A stretch of DNA of 35,855 bases from Octopus bimaculoides (lineage: Eukaryota): assembly GCF_001194135.2 (NCBI RefSeq), contig NC_069001.1, positions 640,120 to 675,974 of the forward strand, in the 5' to 3' direction. The translations under genes and the position numbers were made by a program. Positions 1 to 12,681 of this stretch are shown here, one piece after another. Position 1 is the stretch's first letter; the number at the start of each line of letters is the position of its first letter. The notes below the pieces were generated by a model that saw nothing but the letters and a program-made list of their open reading frames with translations, ran no database searches and was not told where the DNA came from.

Positions 1-204
1 CGAGCGTGGCCGTTTTCGTGCGGGTGACACGTAAAAGCACCCACTACACTCTCTGAGTGGTTGGCGTTAGGAAGGGCATCCAGCTGTAGAAACTCTGCCA
101 AATCAGACTGGAGCCTGGTGTTGCCATCCGGTTTCACCAGTCCTCAGTCAAATCGTCCAACCCATGCTAGCATGGAAAGCGGACGTTAAACGATGATGAT
201 GATG

Positions 205-205
<1 letters not shown>
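1..205 (+). mobile_element. SINE family A (cactctc.gagtggttggcgttaggaagggcatccagctgtagaaac...catggaaagcggacgttaaac(GAT)n)
   Basis: Near-identical copy at ~11770-11925; related tails at ~13020-13130, 14930-15010 and 19125-19215. Confidence 0.85.
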
Positions 206-235
<30 letters not shown>

Positions 236-964
236 GCACACATATATATATATGCATACATACATACATAAATGTACATATGTAAATATATAGTGTGTGT
301 GTATATATATATATGAATGAACCAATGTGTATATGAAGCAGAAAAGCTGTTGAACCTGGTTTCTAAGTTCAAATGTTAATTATCTGTGATACTGTATCCT
401 CTGAGGAATGCATACGACTCTTCTTGTTGTCTCAGTATGCCTGACTGACAAACAGGCTCCACTCCTAACAGCTAAATGGCCAGTGATAGGAAGAACAGCC
501 AGCTGTGAAATATAAACCACATCCTACCTCAGGGATTGTTCACGGATTTCTAACAACCCAACCATTGTTGTTGTTGTTGTTGTTGTTATTTGATGTTTAA
601 TCAGTAGATCCCCCTGGCTTGAAAAGACCAATGATCAAAGGAATTCCAACCAAGACCATCTCTTCTTTTTTTCTTTTTTTTTTGTCCCTAAGCAAAGTGT
701 ACTAAAGACCACAAAAGTAAGGAAGTGTAAGAGGGAGAGCTGAACAGAAGTAGATCCTCACAGAAGAAGCTCCCCACTCACTCATGCAAAGTGTTTTAGC
801 CCCTAACTCCTTACATTCTAAGGGGTCTGAGCTGGGCTGCATCCAGGTCATGACACTACTGTCACATTCTATGCTTCTGGATGATTAAGGTACCCCAGAG
901 CTGGTGCACTTTGGTTGTTCTAACCACTTCGGTCTCAAATGCTAGTTGAATATAAGGTAAATCA

Positions 965-1400
965 TTCATTTGGAAATTCCCTTCCATTCCTCCATCTCAA
1001 AATCCAGTCAGAACTCTTCTTAGCTGCTTCTGCCATTGCATTAAGAATTCTGGTTCTCTTTCTTCAAGAAATTGAAACCTGTTTCATCAGATCATCAGCA
1101 AATTCATCCACAAACCCTCTTGTACCCCTTTCTACAGCTAGGACTTTGGTTATCCAGCATGTTCTTTCTCTTGAAGATGAAAACTGGTGATTTAGGAGGA
1201 ATTTAGCTGCTATTTCTAACCGGTTGAGCTACCATAAAGAGGTTCCTATATCAACCCAATATGTCTGGTTGGCTGATGGGGTTGGTATGCAAGGTTCCCT
1301 TCCCCTGGTCCCTCTAATCATATGGGAATGTTTCCTGTGTGTTTGGTGATGCTTGTGAGACAAAGACTTCTCCGTGTGGTCTTCTTCTTGCTTCACTGCC
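965..1400 (-). pseudogene. Decayed non-LTR retrotransposon 3' end, restriction-like endonuclease (Hero/NeSL type)
   Basis: Minus strand reads QPDIL then, after a frameshift, CWITKVLAVERGTRGFVDEF..S*RKRTRILNAMAEAAKKSSDWILRWRN, matching the recalled RLE C-terminus (W...vEvG.RGF...AekaS.WlW.rR). Stops and frameshifts are present. Confidence 0.65.
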
Positions 1401-1544
1401 AACCAGGTTTGTTCCAAGTGTCTTTTACTATATAACCTCCAGCCGCCCAGTCACTTGTGAAGGCAATTTGCTAGATAGAAACTGTATGGAAGCTTTATCT
1501 GTGTATGTTAGCCTGTATATGTATGTATGTTCTTTTATTCTTTT

Positions 1545-1730
1545 CTTATACTTGTTTCAGCCATTTGACTGTGGCCATGCTGGAGCAACGCCTTTAGTCA
1601 AACGAATCGACCCAAGGACTTATTTTTGTAAGCCTAGTACTTATTCTATCAGTCTCTTGGCCGAACTGCTAAGTTACAGGGATGTAAACACACCAACATC
1701 AGTTGTTAAGTGATGGTGGGGGGACAAACA
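1545..1730 (+). mobile_element. SINE family B (cttgtttcagtcatttgactgtggccatgctggagca...gctaagttacagggatgtaaac)
   Basis: Further copies at ~4860-4930(-), 16875-16940(+), 18685-18890(+), 19980-20220(+), 25195-25400(+) and 35200-35375(-). Confidence 0.85.
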
Positions 1731-4359
1731 CCAGAACATGAAGACAGGTGAAATACCACTAAGCATTTTGCCTGACATGCTAATGATTCTGCCAGCTTTG
1801 CTGCCATTAGATGTATGTTTCAAATTTTTGGCACAAGGCCAGCAATTTCAGGTGGTGGGTAATTTTATCATATCGACCCCAGTGCTCAACTGGTACTTAT
1901 TTTATCGATCTGGAAAGGATGGAAGGTACAGTCGACCATAGTAGAATTTGAACTCATAATGTAACGGTGGACGAAATGCTGCTAAGCAGTTCGCCTGGCA
2001 GGCTAGCAACTCTGTCAGCTCACCACTTTGATAATAATTATAATAATAATAATGGCACTGTTAAACACAAGGCAGAATACCAGGAAAACCCAGAGAATAA
2101 GAACTAGAAAAAGTTATTTTTATGGGTGCTGCCCACATTCTTCCAAAAAACTTTGTTAACCTGAGAATATCTGGTTCTCTTAAAACTCTTTCCAAATCTG
2201 AAGCATTACAAAAAAAACTTTTAATGAAATCTTAATTCAAAGAATCTGGTTTGCTTTCCTTAAAATATATCTTTGCTAATCATAAACAGCTCTCATAGTT
2301 AAAACATTCAACTTGCTGTTACTTGAGCTCTCTGGGTGAGACTTGGAACAGTTTATATAAAATAAAGTAGCAACAACAACGAAAATAAAAATTTAAGAAA
2401 AAGAAACTGGCATTCTGTCGGTTAGAACGACGAGGGTTCCAGTTGATCCGATCAACAGAACAGCTTGTTTGAGAAATTAATGTGCAAGTGGCTGAGCACT
2501 CCACAGACACATGTACCGTCAATGTAGTTCTCAGCGGGAGTCAGTGTGACACAGAATGTGACAAGGCTGGGCCCATTGAATTACAGGTACAACTCATTTT
2601 TGCCAAGTGAGTGGACTGCAACAATGTGAAACAAAGTGTCTTGTTTAAGGACACAATGTGCCACTGGGAATCAAACTCGTGACCATACAATCATGAACAG
2701 AATATCCCCAACCACGAAGCCACATGCCTTGGCACAAAAATAACAACGGTTATTAAAACTCCTTTTTACTGTAGGCACAAGGCCAGCAATTTTAGGGGAG
2801 GGATAAGTCAATGACATCGACCCCAACGTAGAACTGGTACTTAATTGATCAAACCCCAAAAGGATGAAAGGCAAAGTCAACTTTAGTAAACTTTGAATTA
2901 AATGGGATGGTCAAGACTGGAATGTTTATAACCACAGGTCTCCTTGATCAGGACTGATCTGGAGCTAAACAACAACATCAATATCAACTATGAGTTAATA
3001 AATTACTAGTTACAATACCAAGCCCATGGAGTGTACTAAAAGAAGAAAAAAGAAAACACTTCCAGAATTTGTAATTTTATGAATGGGGTGCCACAGGGAG
3101 TCATACTCACACCTTTTTTTAACCCATATTTAAATGAACTTCCTGTACCTCCTTGAAATAGACACAGATGACTTGAAACATTTAACCCACCCCCACACAC
3201 AGCACACCACCATTAATCTCCTGACACACTGTTACACAGCTCCAATCCAACACCGACCACCTAGTTAACTGGCGCCACACTGTAAACTGTTTGCTCACAA
3301 ACACAATGCAACGTCTAGTCTGGGAATCAAACCCACAATCTCACAATCATAAGTAAAACACCCTGACGACTAAGTCATGTGCCTTCGTGTGCACACACAC
3401 ACACACACATTCATACACATGCACTCACACACACATACACACTCATACATGATGGGCTTCTTTCAGTTTCCTTCAACCAAATCTACTCTCAAGACTTCAG
3501 TCAGTCCAAGGCTATAACAGAAGACTCTTCCCCAAAATGTATTGCAGTGGAACTGAACCCAAAACCATGTGGTTGGGAAGCAAACTTCTTAACTGCACAG
3601 CCTAACCACTCTTAAATATATAATACCACCCAAAAATATTACGGTATAATACCCTGCACAACAGCATTTTAATATGGATGGTTTTCCATGCTCTGTCCCA
3701 CCGTCAAGTATAATACTCTCTCCTACTCTCTGCCACCCATCTTGTAACATTGGATATATTTTCTTTTCTTTTCTTTCCTTTTCGTCTTACAATCACATCT
3801 GTTTTCACAGTTGACACGATAGGCATCAATTCATCATGGACATGTGTGTGTAGCATACTGTATATATATTTGCATACATAAGTTTGTTTGCTGTATGTAT
3901 GTGTTTGTATATATATATTTATATTTATATACATATATATGTACACACACACACAGAGGTGTTTGTGTGTGCATGTGTGTGTGTATATATAGATATATAT
4001 ACACATGCATACATACACATGCATATATTGGCACACATACACATAGGTACACACACACATGAACATGCACACACACACATACATAGCAACACATCCCAGA
4101 AATAAGCATGTAATAAGTGCATATGTACATGGGCATCCATCCATGACTACCCCATTGATATTGTCTGAATTCCATTGGAAGTATCTTGTTCCTGTGTTAG
4201 AAAGCAACTCTTTCTCTATTGGTGAGAAATTTGGAAAACAATGGAAAAACACACACACACACACAGAGATATACATACATTATGTATATATACATGTATA
4301 TATATATATATATATGTGTGTGTGGTTCAAAATTGTACAAAAAGCAAAAGACAGTGACA

Positions 4360-4440
4360 GGTGAGGGAACAACAAATGAGGTGGATTAATTTGATGCTCA
4401 GGAAAAATGTTCCAAGCCTACACTCTTCTACAGAAAGGAA
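4360..4440 (-). mobile_element. Second, more decayed copy of the same Penelope-like hammerhead-type repeat
   Basis: Minus strand cctttCTGTAGAAgagtgtaggcttGGAACatt, similar to 35749-35787. Confidence 0.4.
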
Positions 4441-5103
4441 TGTGTGTGTGTGTGTGTTGTTAAATAGTATGAAATTAAGTTGTCAGATTCACAGAATCAT
4501 TAAAGAATTGAAAAAGGTGTCTTGTGGTATTTGTTCTGGCTTTTTGTGTTCTTTGTTTAAATCCCTCCAATCTCAACTTTGCCTTTCATCCTTTTGGGGT
4601 CAATTAAATAAAGGACCAGTAAAGTACTGGGGTTAATATAACTGACCCATTCTCTTCCCTGGACTATCAGGAGAATCACATAACTCATTGCTGATGTATA
4701 TTATATGGACTTCTTTTTTTACATACCATGTTTACTGTTATTTCTTTTTATTGTTCCTTTCTATGCATATTCTTACCTCATCTGTCACTTTGGTGGCAGA
4801 TAAAAGAAATCAGTATTATAATTAGTAATAATAACAATAATAATATTAATAATAGATTTGCTCGACTAAAAGGCGGTGCTCCAGCCTGGCCACAGTCAAA
4901 TGACTGAAACAAGTAAAAGAGTAAAAGAGTCTACTATAGGCACAAGGACTGGATTTTTGTGGGGAGGGGGACAATCGATCACATTGACCCCAGTACTTGA
5001 CTAGTACTTAATTTATTGACCTCAAAAGGATGAAAGGCAGCCGCTAAGCATTTTTCCCGGTGTGCTAACGATTGGGCCAGCTCACCACATTCTAATAACA
5101 TAG

Positions 5104-5805
5104 TGTAACATAATCATTCATCACCAATTATTGTAGTATGGCCAATTGTTACGATGATATTTGTTTACATTATATAAACCGTGTAGTAACAATATAACAA
5201 AACTGGATAACAACAACGTAACAGTCCAACAAACTGAATATTTTTTATAGTAATTCCACTGTTTGCTGGAAACAAATTTCACTAGTTTCTTTGGGCAGAA
5301 TGAAATGACAATATTTTTCATGTTCAGCCACTACTAATTAACGTAATAATAATCTTACTTTTCATTGTCCAATTTGCAATCTTCTCAGGAGATTTCTTCA
5401 TGGCTTCTAAAATACGCTGCAAACGTTAAACCTCTTCTGGGTCATAACTGAATTTTGTTAGAGAGTTCGATATGCCGTCTGAGCAAAAACGAACCTATAA
5501 TGTTTCCAGACTTCTTAAGACATAACTCCATTAAACCGTTGTTGTTTTTCTTGTTGCTGAAGTAGTCGTTTCTGCAACTCCTGTTGCTTTTGCAACTGTA
5601 TTATCGAAGCTAATAGGTTTTCCACAGTCAACAACTTCGTATCCCCCAAATTTGTTAACTGACCTGCATGAGCTTCGAAACCTTGTCGCCAATATTGTAA
5701 CATGGTTACTCGTCACCGATTATTGTGGTATCACCGCTATTTACGATGATACTTGTTTACACTATAACCGTGTACTAACAATAGCACATAAACAAAGCTG
5801 GGCAA
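5104..5805 (-). mobile_element. Internally deleted Gypsy (Mag-like) LTR retrotransposon: LTR - PBS - gag 5' part - LTR
   Basis: Diverged direct repeats 5104-5223 and ~5696-5805 both end in GTTACA on the minus strand, and TGGCGACAAG (5682-5691) follows the upstream copy. Disrupted gag reads ISNSLTKFSYDPEE/LTFAAYF..EDCK/KVRLLLR/AEHEKYCHFILPKETSEICFQQTVELL*KIFS. Confidence 0.8.
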
Positions 5806-5814
5806 ATTGTTATT

Positions 5815-6030
5815 AAGATGGTGAGCTGGCGGAATCGTTAGCAGGTTTTCACCCATTGCTCCATTCTGAGTTCAAATTCTGCCTAGGTCGAATTTGCCTT
5901 TCATCCTTTTGGGATCGATAAATTAAGTACCAGTGAGACACTGGGGTCGATGTAATCGACTAGTCCCCTCTCCAAAAATTTCAGGTCTTGTGCTTTTAGT
6001 AGAAAGGATTATTATTATTATTATTATTAT
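5815..6030 (+). mobile_element. SINE family C (ggtgagctggc.gaatcgttagca...gcctttcatcctttcggggtcgataaattaagtaccag...aaatttcaggccttgtgcct, (ATT)n tail)
   Basis: Further copies at ~1815-2035(-), 2770-2890(-), 4930-5090(-), 7140-7270(+), 22595-22810(+), 25960-26090(+) and 31070-31280(+). Confidence 0.85.
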
Positions 6031-7504
6031 TAAGTAGCATTTTCAAGCATATTTACACATGAATTAATATCTCACCATTGACATGGAATATAGCCTCCTG
6101 TATTACTATCACGTGCAGTCATGAGATCAGATAGCAAGGTGGGGGAGGAATTTCAGTTGACATAGTTAAACTCAGCACTGCTAAGAACATTTCACAATCT
6201 GCAGTTCTGTATCACAGTCCCGCGATGTGATGCAACTCAGTGACAAAAGTACCCAGTTTGCACTCAACAACACTAAAACCATGTTCTGGCTTGAACAGTG
6301 TTATTTTAGGGTGGCATTAAGAATTTATTTGCTTTCGTTTTATTTAATTTTTTTATTTATTTGATTTTTATTTTGATCTTTTATTTATTTGATTTTTAAT
6401 TTTTATTTTATATTTATCTTATTTATTTTATTTTATTTCATTCTTCAAAACCAATTGGCCATCTGTTTTAAATCTTAATTGGAGACAAGCCAATGAGGGA
6501 AGCCTCTGTATTGTCACTCATCCCACTAAAATCTGCAGCTAAATATCCCTTACTTAGTCTAATGTCTCTTCAATATATATATATATATACACACACACAT
6601 ATATATATATATATATACATATATATATGGAAAAACATATTGGATTTATTAGGCAGTAAATTTGGCAGAGGCTGAATGAGCTGTGTTCAAATATGTGTAC
6701 CAAGTATATGCATGTATGTGTGTGTGTGTGTTAGTAACAAACTAAAAGAATAAGTACTCAACACTGGGAAGATGGATAAATAATTCCTTTTAGTAGAAGT
6801 TTTGCTTATCTTTCTGGAACCTATGGTTTCATGGTGTAGGAAATTAGTATTTATTTCATCAGATCTCAAATCTCAAATATTACACCACTATTGCAGTTGA
6901 TGTGAAAGAACTACAACAATGGAGTGCCATTTATCATTTGAATTCTTGCTGAAATACAGTTTTCCATCAGCATTAAATTTTAAGTTCCAGAAAAATAAGA
7001 AAAATTCTATTAAAAATTATATCTATCTATCTATCTAGATAGATAGATAGATTCAGATGAATATGGTACTTAAGTTGAGGCACCAGAATTTAGTACGGTA
7101 TTCATCATCATCATAGCATAGAGTAACTTATGCTAATACCATATTTGTTGAACATGTCCTTTCATCCTTTCGGGGGTCAACATAATCAACTGGCTACACA
7201 CTGGTTTCAATGTGATTGACTTGTCCCCTCCCCCAAAGTTTCAGGCCTTGTGTCTATAGTAGAAAGGAGATTCTAGTTAATGCACTCTGTGTATTGAAAG
7301 CATGTGGTTTAATGATTAGGTCACTGGGTGTCTGATCATTTGAATGTGGGTTCAATTCCTGCATCTGGTGGCATGCTATGTCCTTCAGCAAGCCTCTTCA
7401 TTTCATGCAGCTGCTCCAGTCTGCTCAGTTGAAAATGAGCAGCTGCTGAGTGCATCCTCACATCTCTCTCTCTATCACTCCACTCTTGCAAGGGTGGAAA
7501 AATA

Positions 7505-7715
7505 CATGATGATGATGATGATGAATAACAAGAGGAAGATGATGTTAACAACAACAACAATGATGATGATGATGATGATGAAGATGATGAGGATGGTGAT
7601 TGTGATGATAATGAGGAGGAGCAGAAGCAGGATGATGATGATGATATTGACAATGCTGTTGCTACTGCTACTGCTGTTGATAATGATGATGATGATGATG
7701 ATGATGACGACGACT
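7505..7715. repeat. (GAT)n/(ACA)n trinucleotide microsatellite cluster
   Basis: Visible directly; source of the poly-Met and poly-Ser ORFs. Confidence 0.95.
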
Positions 7716-8169
7716 TATATCAACCATTATTTCTGTGGATCAAATCTAAGAAACAGACAAACCAAAGCAAATCTCAATGGATCCAAATCTAGCTGTTGTG
7801 TTTATTATTTGTTTCTGTCCTTCATTAAAATAAATGGTTAAAGTGGCTTCAAGCTGGAATGACAACAAATTCTAATGATGCCAGTGCAGTTTAATTAACA
7901 GCATTTCAATCTCTCAAGGTTAAACAAGACCAGTCTTAGACCTCTGACTTCCACCAAAAAACAGTTTTGATTCTGGTGGTTGGTTCTGGGGAATAATTAA
8001 CAATAAAAAGGTGAAGCACTTTAAAAGTTAGCAAAAATAGAAAAGAGAAAATAGAAAAGAAATGAAAAAAAAAGATTTGTCAGTAAAAGAAAAAAAACAC
8101 AAGGAAACTAAAGAAATTAAAAATGTCTTCCTGAGGTCAAAGTCTAAGGATTATTTTTTTTCTTTTCTA

Positions 8170-8410
8170 AATCATCATCATCACCACTACCACCACCATC
8201 ATCATCATCACCACCACAACCATCACCATGACCACCATCATCACTACCTCCAGCATCATCACCATTCTCTCATCCTCCTCCTTCACATCATCCTAATCAT
8301 CATCATCATCATCATAATCGTTATCCTTACCAAGTTCCACATCACCATCAATATCATTCTCATCTTCATCATTGTCGTTTTTATCACCATCATAATTATT
8401 ATTGTTATTG
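8170..8410. repeat. (CAT/CAC)n trinucleotide tract
   Basis: Visible directly; source of the poly-His/Ile ORF. Confidence 0.95.
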
Positions 8411-9007
8411 TACATATAAAGAAATCATTATTTCTATCATATACAAACATGTGTGTGTGTGTGTGTGTGCATGTGTTGCTGGTAAATTATTTTCGTTTCA
8501 AGTATTAAAGTTGTTCCCCCTTTCCATTCACCCTGGTCCCTCCCTCTTGACACAATCACAAGTGTTATTCACTCCACATACAAATACTGCATCAAACGTT
8601 GCCAAATGTAAATACACCGTCTCTTCCTTCCCTTCTCCATCTCTCTCTCTCTCTCTCCCCACTCTCTTCGTCTCTCTCTCTCTCTCTCTTCTCTTCTCTA
8701 TTCTCAAGTTTTGTAGACTTCTAAGAGGGTCTGTCATAGAATATCCTGGTGTTTCCTTTCACCAGACAATCAGAAATTGGACACTGCACTTTGCAGTGCA
8801 TACGTACAGTACACATACACACACACACATGTATGTATGTATGTATATGTAGATGTGTAAACTAACTCTGTTGCTATAATAGACACAACGTGGTGTGTGT
8901 AAATGTGTAAACACATAATACACAGTGTTGTGTATGTGTATGCACACATAAATATACATTCACACAGACATATACACATACATATATATATAAGAACATC
9001 CATAAAC

Positions 9008-9075
<68 letters not shown>

Positions 9076-9269
9076 TTATATATATATACATACATATACA
9101 TACACACACATATACATACATACAGATAGATAGTTAAATAGATAAATAGCTAGCTAGTTAGATAGATAAATAAATTCAAAAAGGGATAAAACTCTTTTAC
9201 AGGAATTTTATCAAGAAGCCAGTGTGTAAAAAAATCCGTAAGGGAAATTTCTATTCCCAAGAATATAAT

Positions 9270-9535
9270 TATTCGTTTATATTTATATAAAGGGCATTAT
9301 CACAGAAAAATAACAACGCCACACAGTGGACTTCTCAAAATAACCACATTTAGTACCTAATGCAAGGAAAAACAACCAACAGAAGCCTACCTAAGTTTAT
9401 TTAAAAGAAAGTAGGTAGGCTTCTGTTGGTTGTTTTTCCTCGCATTAGGTACTAAATGTGGTTATTTTGAGAAGTCCACTGTGTGGCGTTGTTATTTTTC
9501 TGTGATAATGCCCTTTATATAAATATAAACGAATA
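9270..9535. repeat. Near-perfect inverted repeat: 124-bp arms, 18-bp spacer
   Basis: 9270-9393 is the reverse complement of 9412-9535 with one mismatch (tgcaagg vs cctcgca). Confidence 0.97.
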
Positions 9536-9999
9536 GTTAGATAGATAGATGCATATATGTATGTATGTACACGGTGTACTATTTACACACTGTACTTTGT
9601 TAGATGCAGGAAACATTTATGTTGAGAAACTGTACAGTTAACTGTTGTACTGGGTTAGTGATTGGACAAACACTGATACTGTACAAGGCTGGACTGTGTC
9701 CATGCTTTACTGTACTGAAACAAAGACTAATTACTTTGTTGTACTGTATTAGACAATGTACGTGTTTTACCACACTGCTGGGAACTGTTTACATGTTACT
9801 GTACTGCAATAGTACCATGTATGCACTATATTGTGCTAGGAAAGACTGTATATATGTTATATACAGGGGTAGACAGGGTATAGTCATTGCTGTACAGGTC
9901 ATCTTTATGTTAATAGAAGATGTCAGTGATTTTGGTAGCAGTGAATAAAATCCTGTACCCTAAAGAATAAAGAAATGGCCGTGCATGGAGTCGATGGAA

Positions 10000-10700
10000 G
10001 CCTTACCTGCCAAGAGAATCTGAACTCCTTGGGGATCTTTTTAAAATTAGCAACAAGAACCTAATAGAATGGCAGAATGGAACCAAAATCAGTCAGGAAA
10101 AGTGAAGCTGCAGCTCAGCAACTAAAGAGGCCGGTCCATGCTTACCAACAGCATTGTGGGTGCTAGACAGGTGGACTGGTTAAACTGCATGGAGTTTGGT
10201 TTGGATCTCTATGTGGAAAAGAACTGGAATGAGGTAATAAACAGGATGGTCAAGTTCACCCAGAAATAGACTGAGATGAAGCTATCCTTGAAAGGTCAAG
10301 CAGGAGTAACAAATGCTTATATTGTCTCCATCACCATTATTTTGTCACAGCTCACATTTATCTGGACTGGGGTATCTGCTCTTCGACCATTTGTGGAAGT
10401 GATACGTTCCAGTGATCAAGTGCTCCACTCTACAGAGTGGAGGGCTGGGCGTATTATGGCTGATGGTTTGCAGGTGTGCACTGAGGCTTTGACATCTCCA
10501 GTGATTCCTTGACAGTGAATAGGTGTGGCTACTGGTTGTTAGACATTTTTCTGTAGATCAGTTCTTAGATAGTCCTGCAGTCCTGGATCAAGCAAAGACC
10601 AAGACAGAAACCTTGGTATCTGGAATATCATCAAGCCCTCTACCAGTTGCTGGGACTTTCACATTGATGTTCTGTAGTGGATTAGGGGTGGTGGCCATGC
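10000..10700 (+). pseudogene. Tx1/L1-clade LINE reverse-transcriptase C-terminal fragment
   Basis: Frameshifted peptides GTKISQEK / SMLTNSIVG / GLVKLHGVWFG / VEKNWNEVINRMVKFTQK*TEMKLSLKGQAGVTNAYIVS match the recalled L1/Tx1 post-RT motif (lGv.f...nW......i..W..r.LSl.Gr..v.n). Confidence 0.7.
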
Positions 10701-10771
10701 TGGGAGTTAGGATAAACATCATCTATTAATTATTTACACCTTTCATTTTATTTTTCTCTTATTTCCTTCAG

Positions 10772-10975
10772 CTGCTAACATTAGGAGTCCATATTGTCCT
10801 TCCCCTCCAAAAGTTGACAATACCATCGCACTAACCGTGCAGACAGTTCCAGTCGGAGGATACGTCAACTACACATGTAAAGATAACTTCTATGCATTTG
10901 GGATTACAACAGCCATGTGTATCATCAAGAACCACCAAAGAACACGTTGGATTGGTCCGGACATGATATGCGAAA
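10772..10975 (+). CDS. CCP exon 1 (phase 1-1): ANIRSPYCPSPPKVDNT...YTCKDNFYAFGITTAMCIIKNHQRTRWIGPDMICE
   Basis: Acceptor ttccttcag, donor gtaagt, 204 nt, 4 Cys plus conserved Trp. Confidence 0.9.
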
Positions 10976-11584
10976 GTAAGTGGGTGCCTCTTGTTTCTTC
11001 TTCATTCCACACCGTCTCCATCTTTCCCATCATCATCATTGTCAACATTTTAGCATCTGTCTCTCCCTAAGGCTTCATCGTATCCATTTAATCCAACCTA
11101 CCCTTATATAATGCTGAGTAGCCATGTATTTCCTCTACAGCAAGACACCTGATCCTGTCCCTCTATCATGTGAAGGTGCATGGCTTAGTGGTGAGGATGT
11201 TGCACTCATGATCATAAGACTGTGGTTTCAATTCCTGGACAGGGTGATGCATTGTGCTCTTGAGCAAAATACTTCATTTCTTGCTGCTCCAGGCCACTTG
11301 GCTGACAAGAATGAGTAATCATGCAATGGACTGGCATCCCATCCAGGCGGGGGGTGGGATATATGTACCTTGGAAACTAGGAAATCATGTGACATCAAGA
11401 CTCAGTTACAACACACACAAATGGTGTTGAATGGAGGTGGTGGATAAACACAAAGACACACACACACAAATTCACACATGCTTATATAGGCCTGGGCCGA
11501 CCAAAGCCTTGTGAGTGAATTTGGTGGACAGAAACTGAAAGAAGCCCATCATGTACAGATACACACACACACACATATAAAAAG

Positions 11585-11930
11585 CACTATTTGAATGTAG
11601 TCCGTGTCAGTGCGCATGATTGGTGGTATGTAAAAAGCACCATTCGAGTGTGACCGATGCTAGTGCTGCTTGACTGGCACCCATACAAGTGACAAGGAAA
11701 ATGCACCATTTGAGCGTGGTCAATGCCAGTGCTGCCTGACTGGCTCCCATGCCAGTGGCACATAAAAAGCACTCACTACACTCTCGGAGTGGTTGGCGTT
11801 AGGAATGGCATCCAGCTGTAGAAACTCTGCCAGATCAGATTGGAGCCTGGTGCAGTCTTCTGGCTTGCCAGTCCTCAGTCAAACCGTCCAACCCTTGCCA
11901 GCATGGAAAGCAGATGTTAAACGATACTAT
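11585..11930 (+). mobile_element. SINE family A copy with internal ~65-bp tandem units
   Basis: Repeated aaaagcaccattcgag...gccagtg units precede the family-A tail. Confidence 0.8.
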
Positions 11931-12504
11931 TCTTGCCTGGAAATTCAAACTTAGGATCAGCAACCTTTATAGTCCTCTAACTAGTTGAAAGTGACTGAAT
12001 GCAATTGTTAAATGTCTATGCAACAGAAACATGTGTCGGACAAATTTAAATTAAATATGCTGTAATTGACTGTAGAAATAACCATAAAGATATTATGCAC
12101 ATACACTAATTTCCATATTTCTTGTTACCGTATTGGATAAACGCTCAGTTAAATGTTCATAATTCAGAGAAGCAAACCCAGGGTTTATTGTGGGATTGCT
12201 TACTTCAAGTAATTCTAAGTGTTCATTGCAACTTAATGCAGTTGCCTAAACCTGGATTCTAACTAAATGCCAGAATGGTACCTGCCTGGATACTGTGTCT
12301 CTATCTATTATATATATATATATATATATAATAGATAGAGATAAATGTATATAAAAATGCATGCATGTATATATGTATATACATGTGTCTGTCTTCTTAG
12401 TTTCCTATCATCCATAAAATATTTCCTTCCCCTGTTTTTGTTGTTTGTTTTTCATTTATGTTTCATGTTGTTCCATATATTTCTGCCTTTCATTTCCAAT
12501 CCAG

Positions 12505-12681
12505 AAATGTGTGGTAAACCACCCGACTCACCCAGAGCTTACCCCGTCAACTCTACTAAAGACCGTTACCCTCCATATATGGTCATAGAATACCGTTGTA
12601 AATATGGTCGACTGACCCTTGGGAGTGCTACAACCGTGTGTCGCAATGGTAAATGGAAAGCAGCCAGCTTCTTCTGTATGA
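12505..12681 (+). CDS. CCP exon 2 (phase 1-1): MCGKPPDSPRAYP...EYRCKYGRLTLGSATTVCRNGKWKAASFFCM
   Basis: Acceptor caatccag, donor gtaagt, 177 nt, full CCP pattern. Confidence 0.92.

Noticed and set aside
3704-4364. Long ORFs rich in YIYI/CVCV/HTHT, including a possible phase-1 donor near 4221
   Set aside because: These are dinucleotide microsatellite artefacts. The unique core (MTTPLILSEFHWKYLVPVLESNSFSI) is not a convincing signal peptide and has no clear acceptor.
5531-5716. Minus-strand ORF with DCGKP and nearby YNIGDKV, suggesting an antisense sushi pseudogene
   Set aside because: The region is better explained as LTR, PBS and gag of a Gypsy element; the sushi-like words are chance matches in other frames
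8062-8508. Poly-His/poly-Ile ORF resembling a membrane or metal-binding protein
   Set aside because: It is a translation of (CAC/CAT)n repeats with no splice or domain support
8717-8795. Possible exon reading RGSVIEYPG after a pyrimidine tract
   Set aside because: No Cys pattern, phase incompatible with exon 1 and a weak donor
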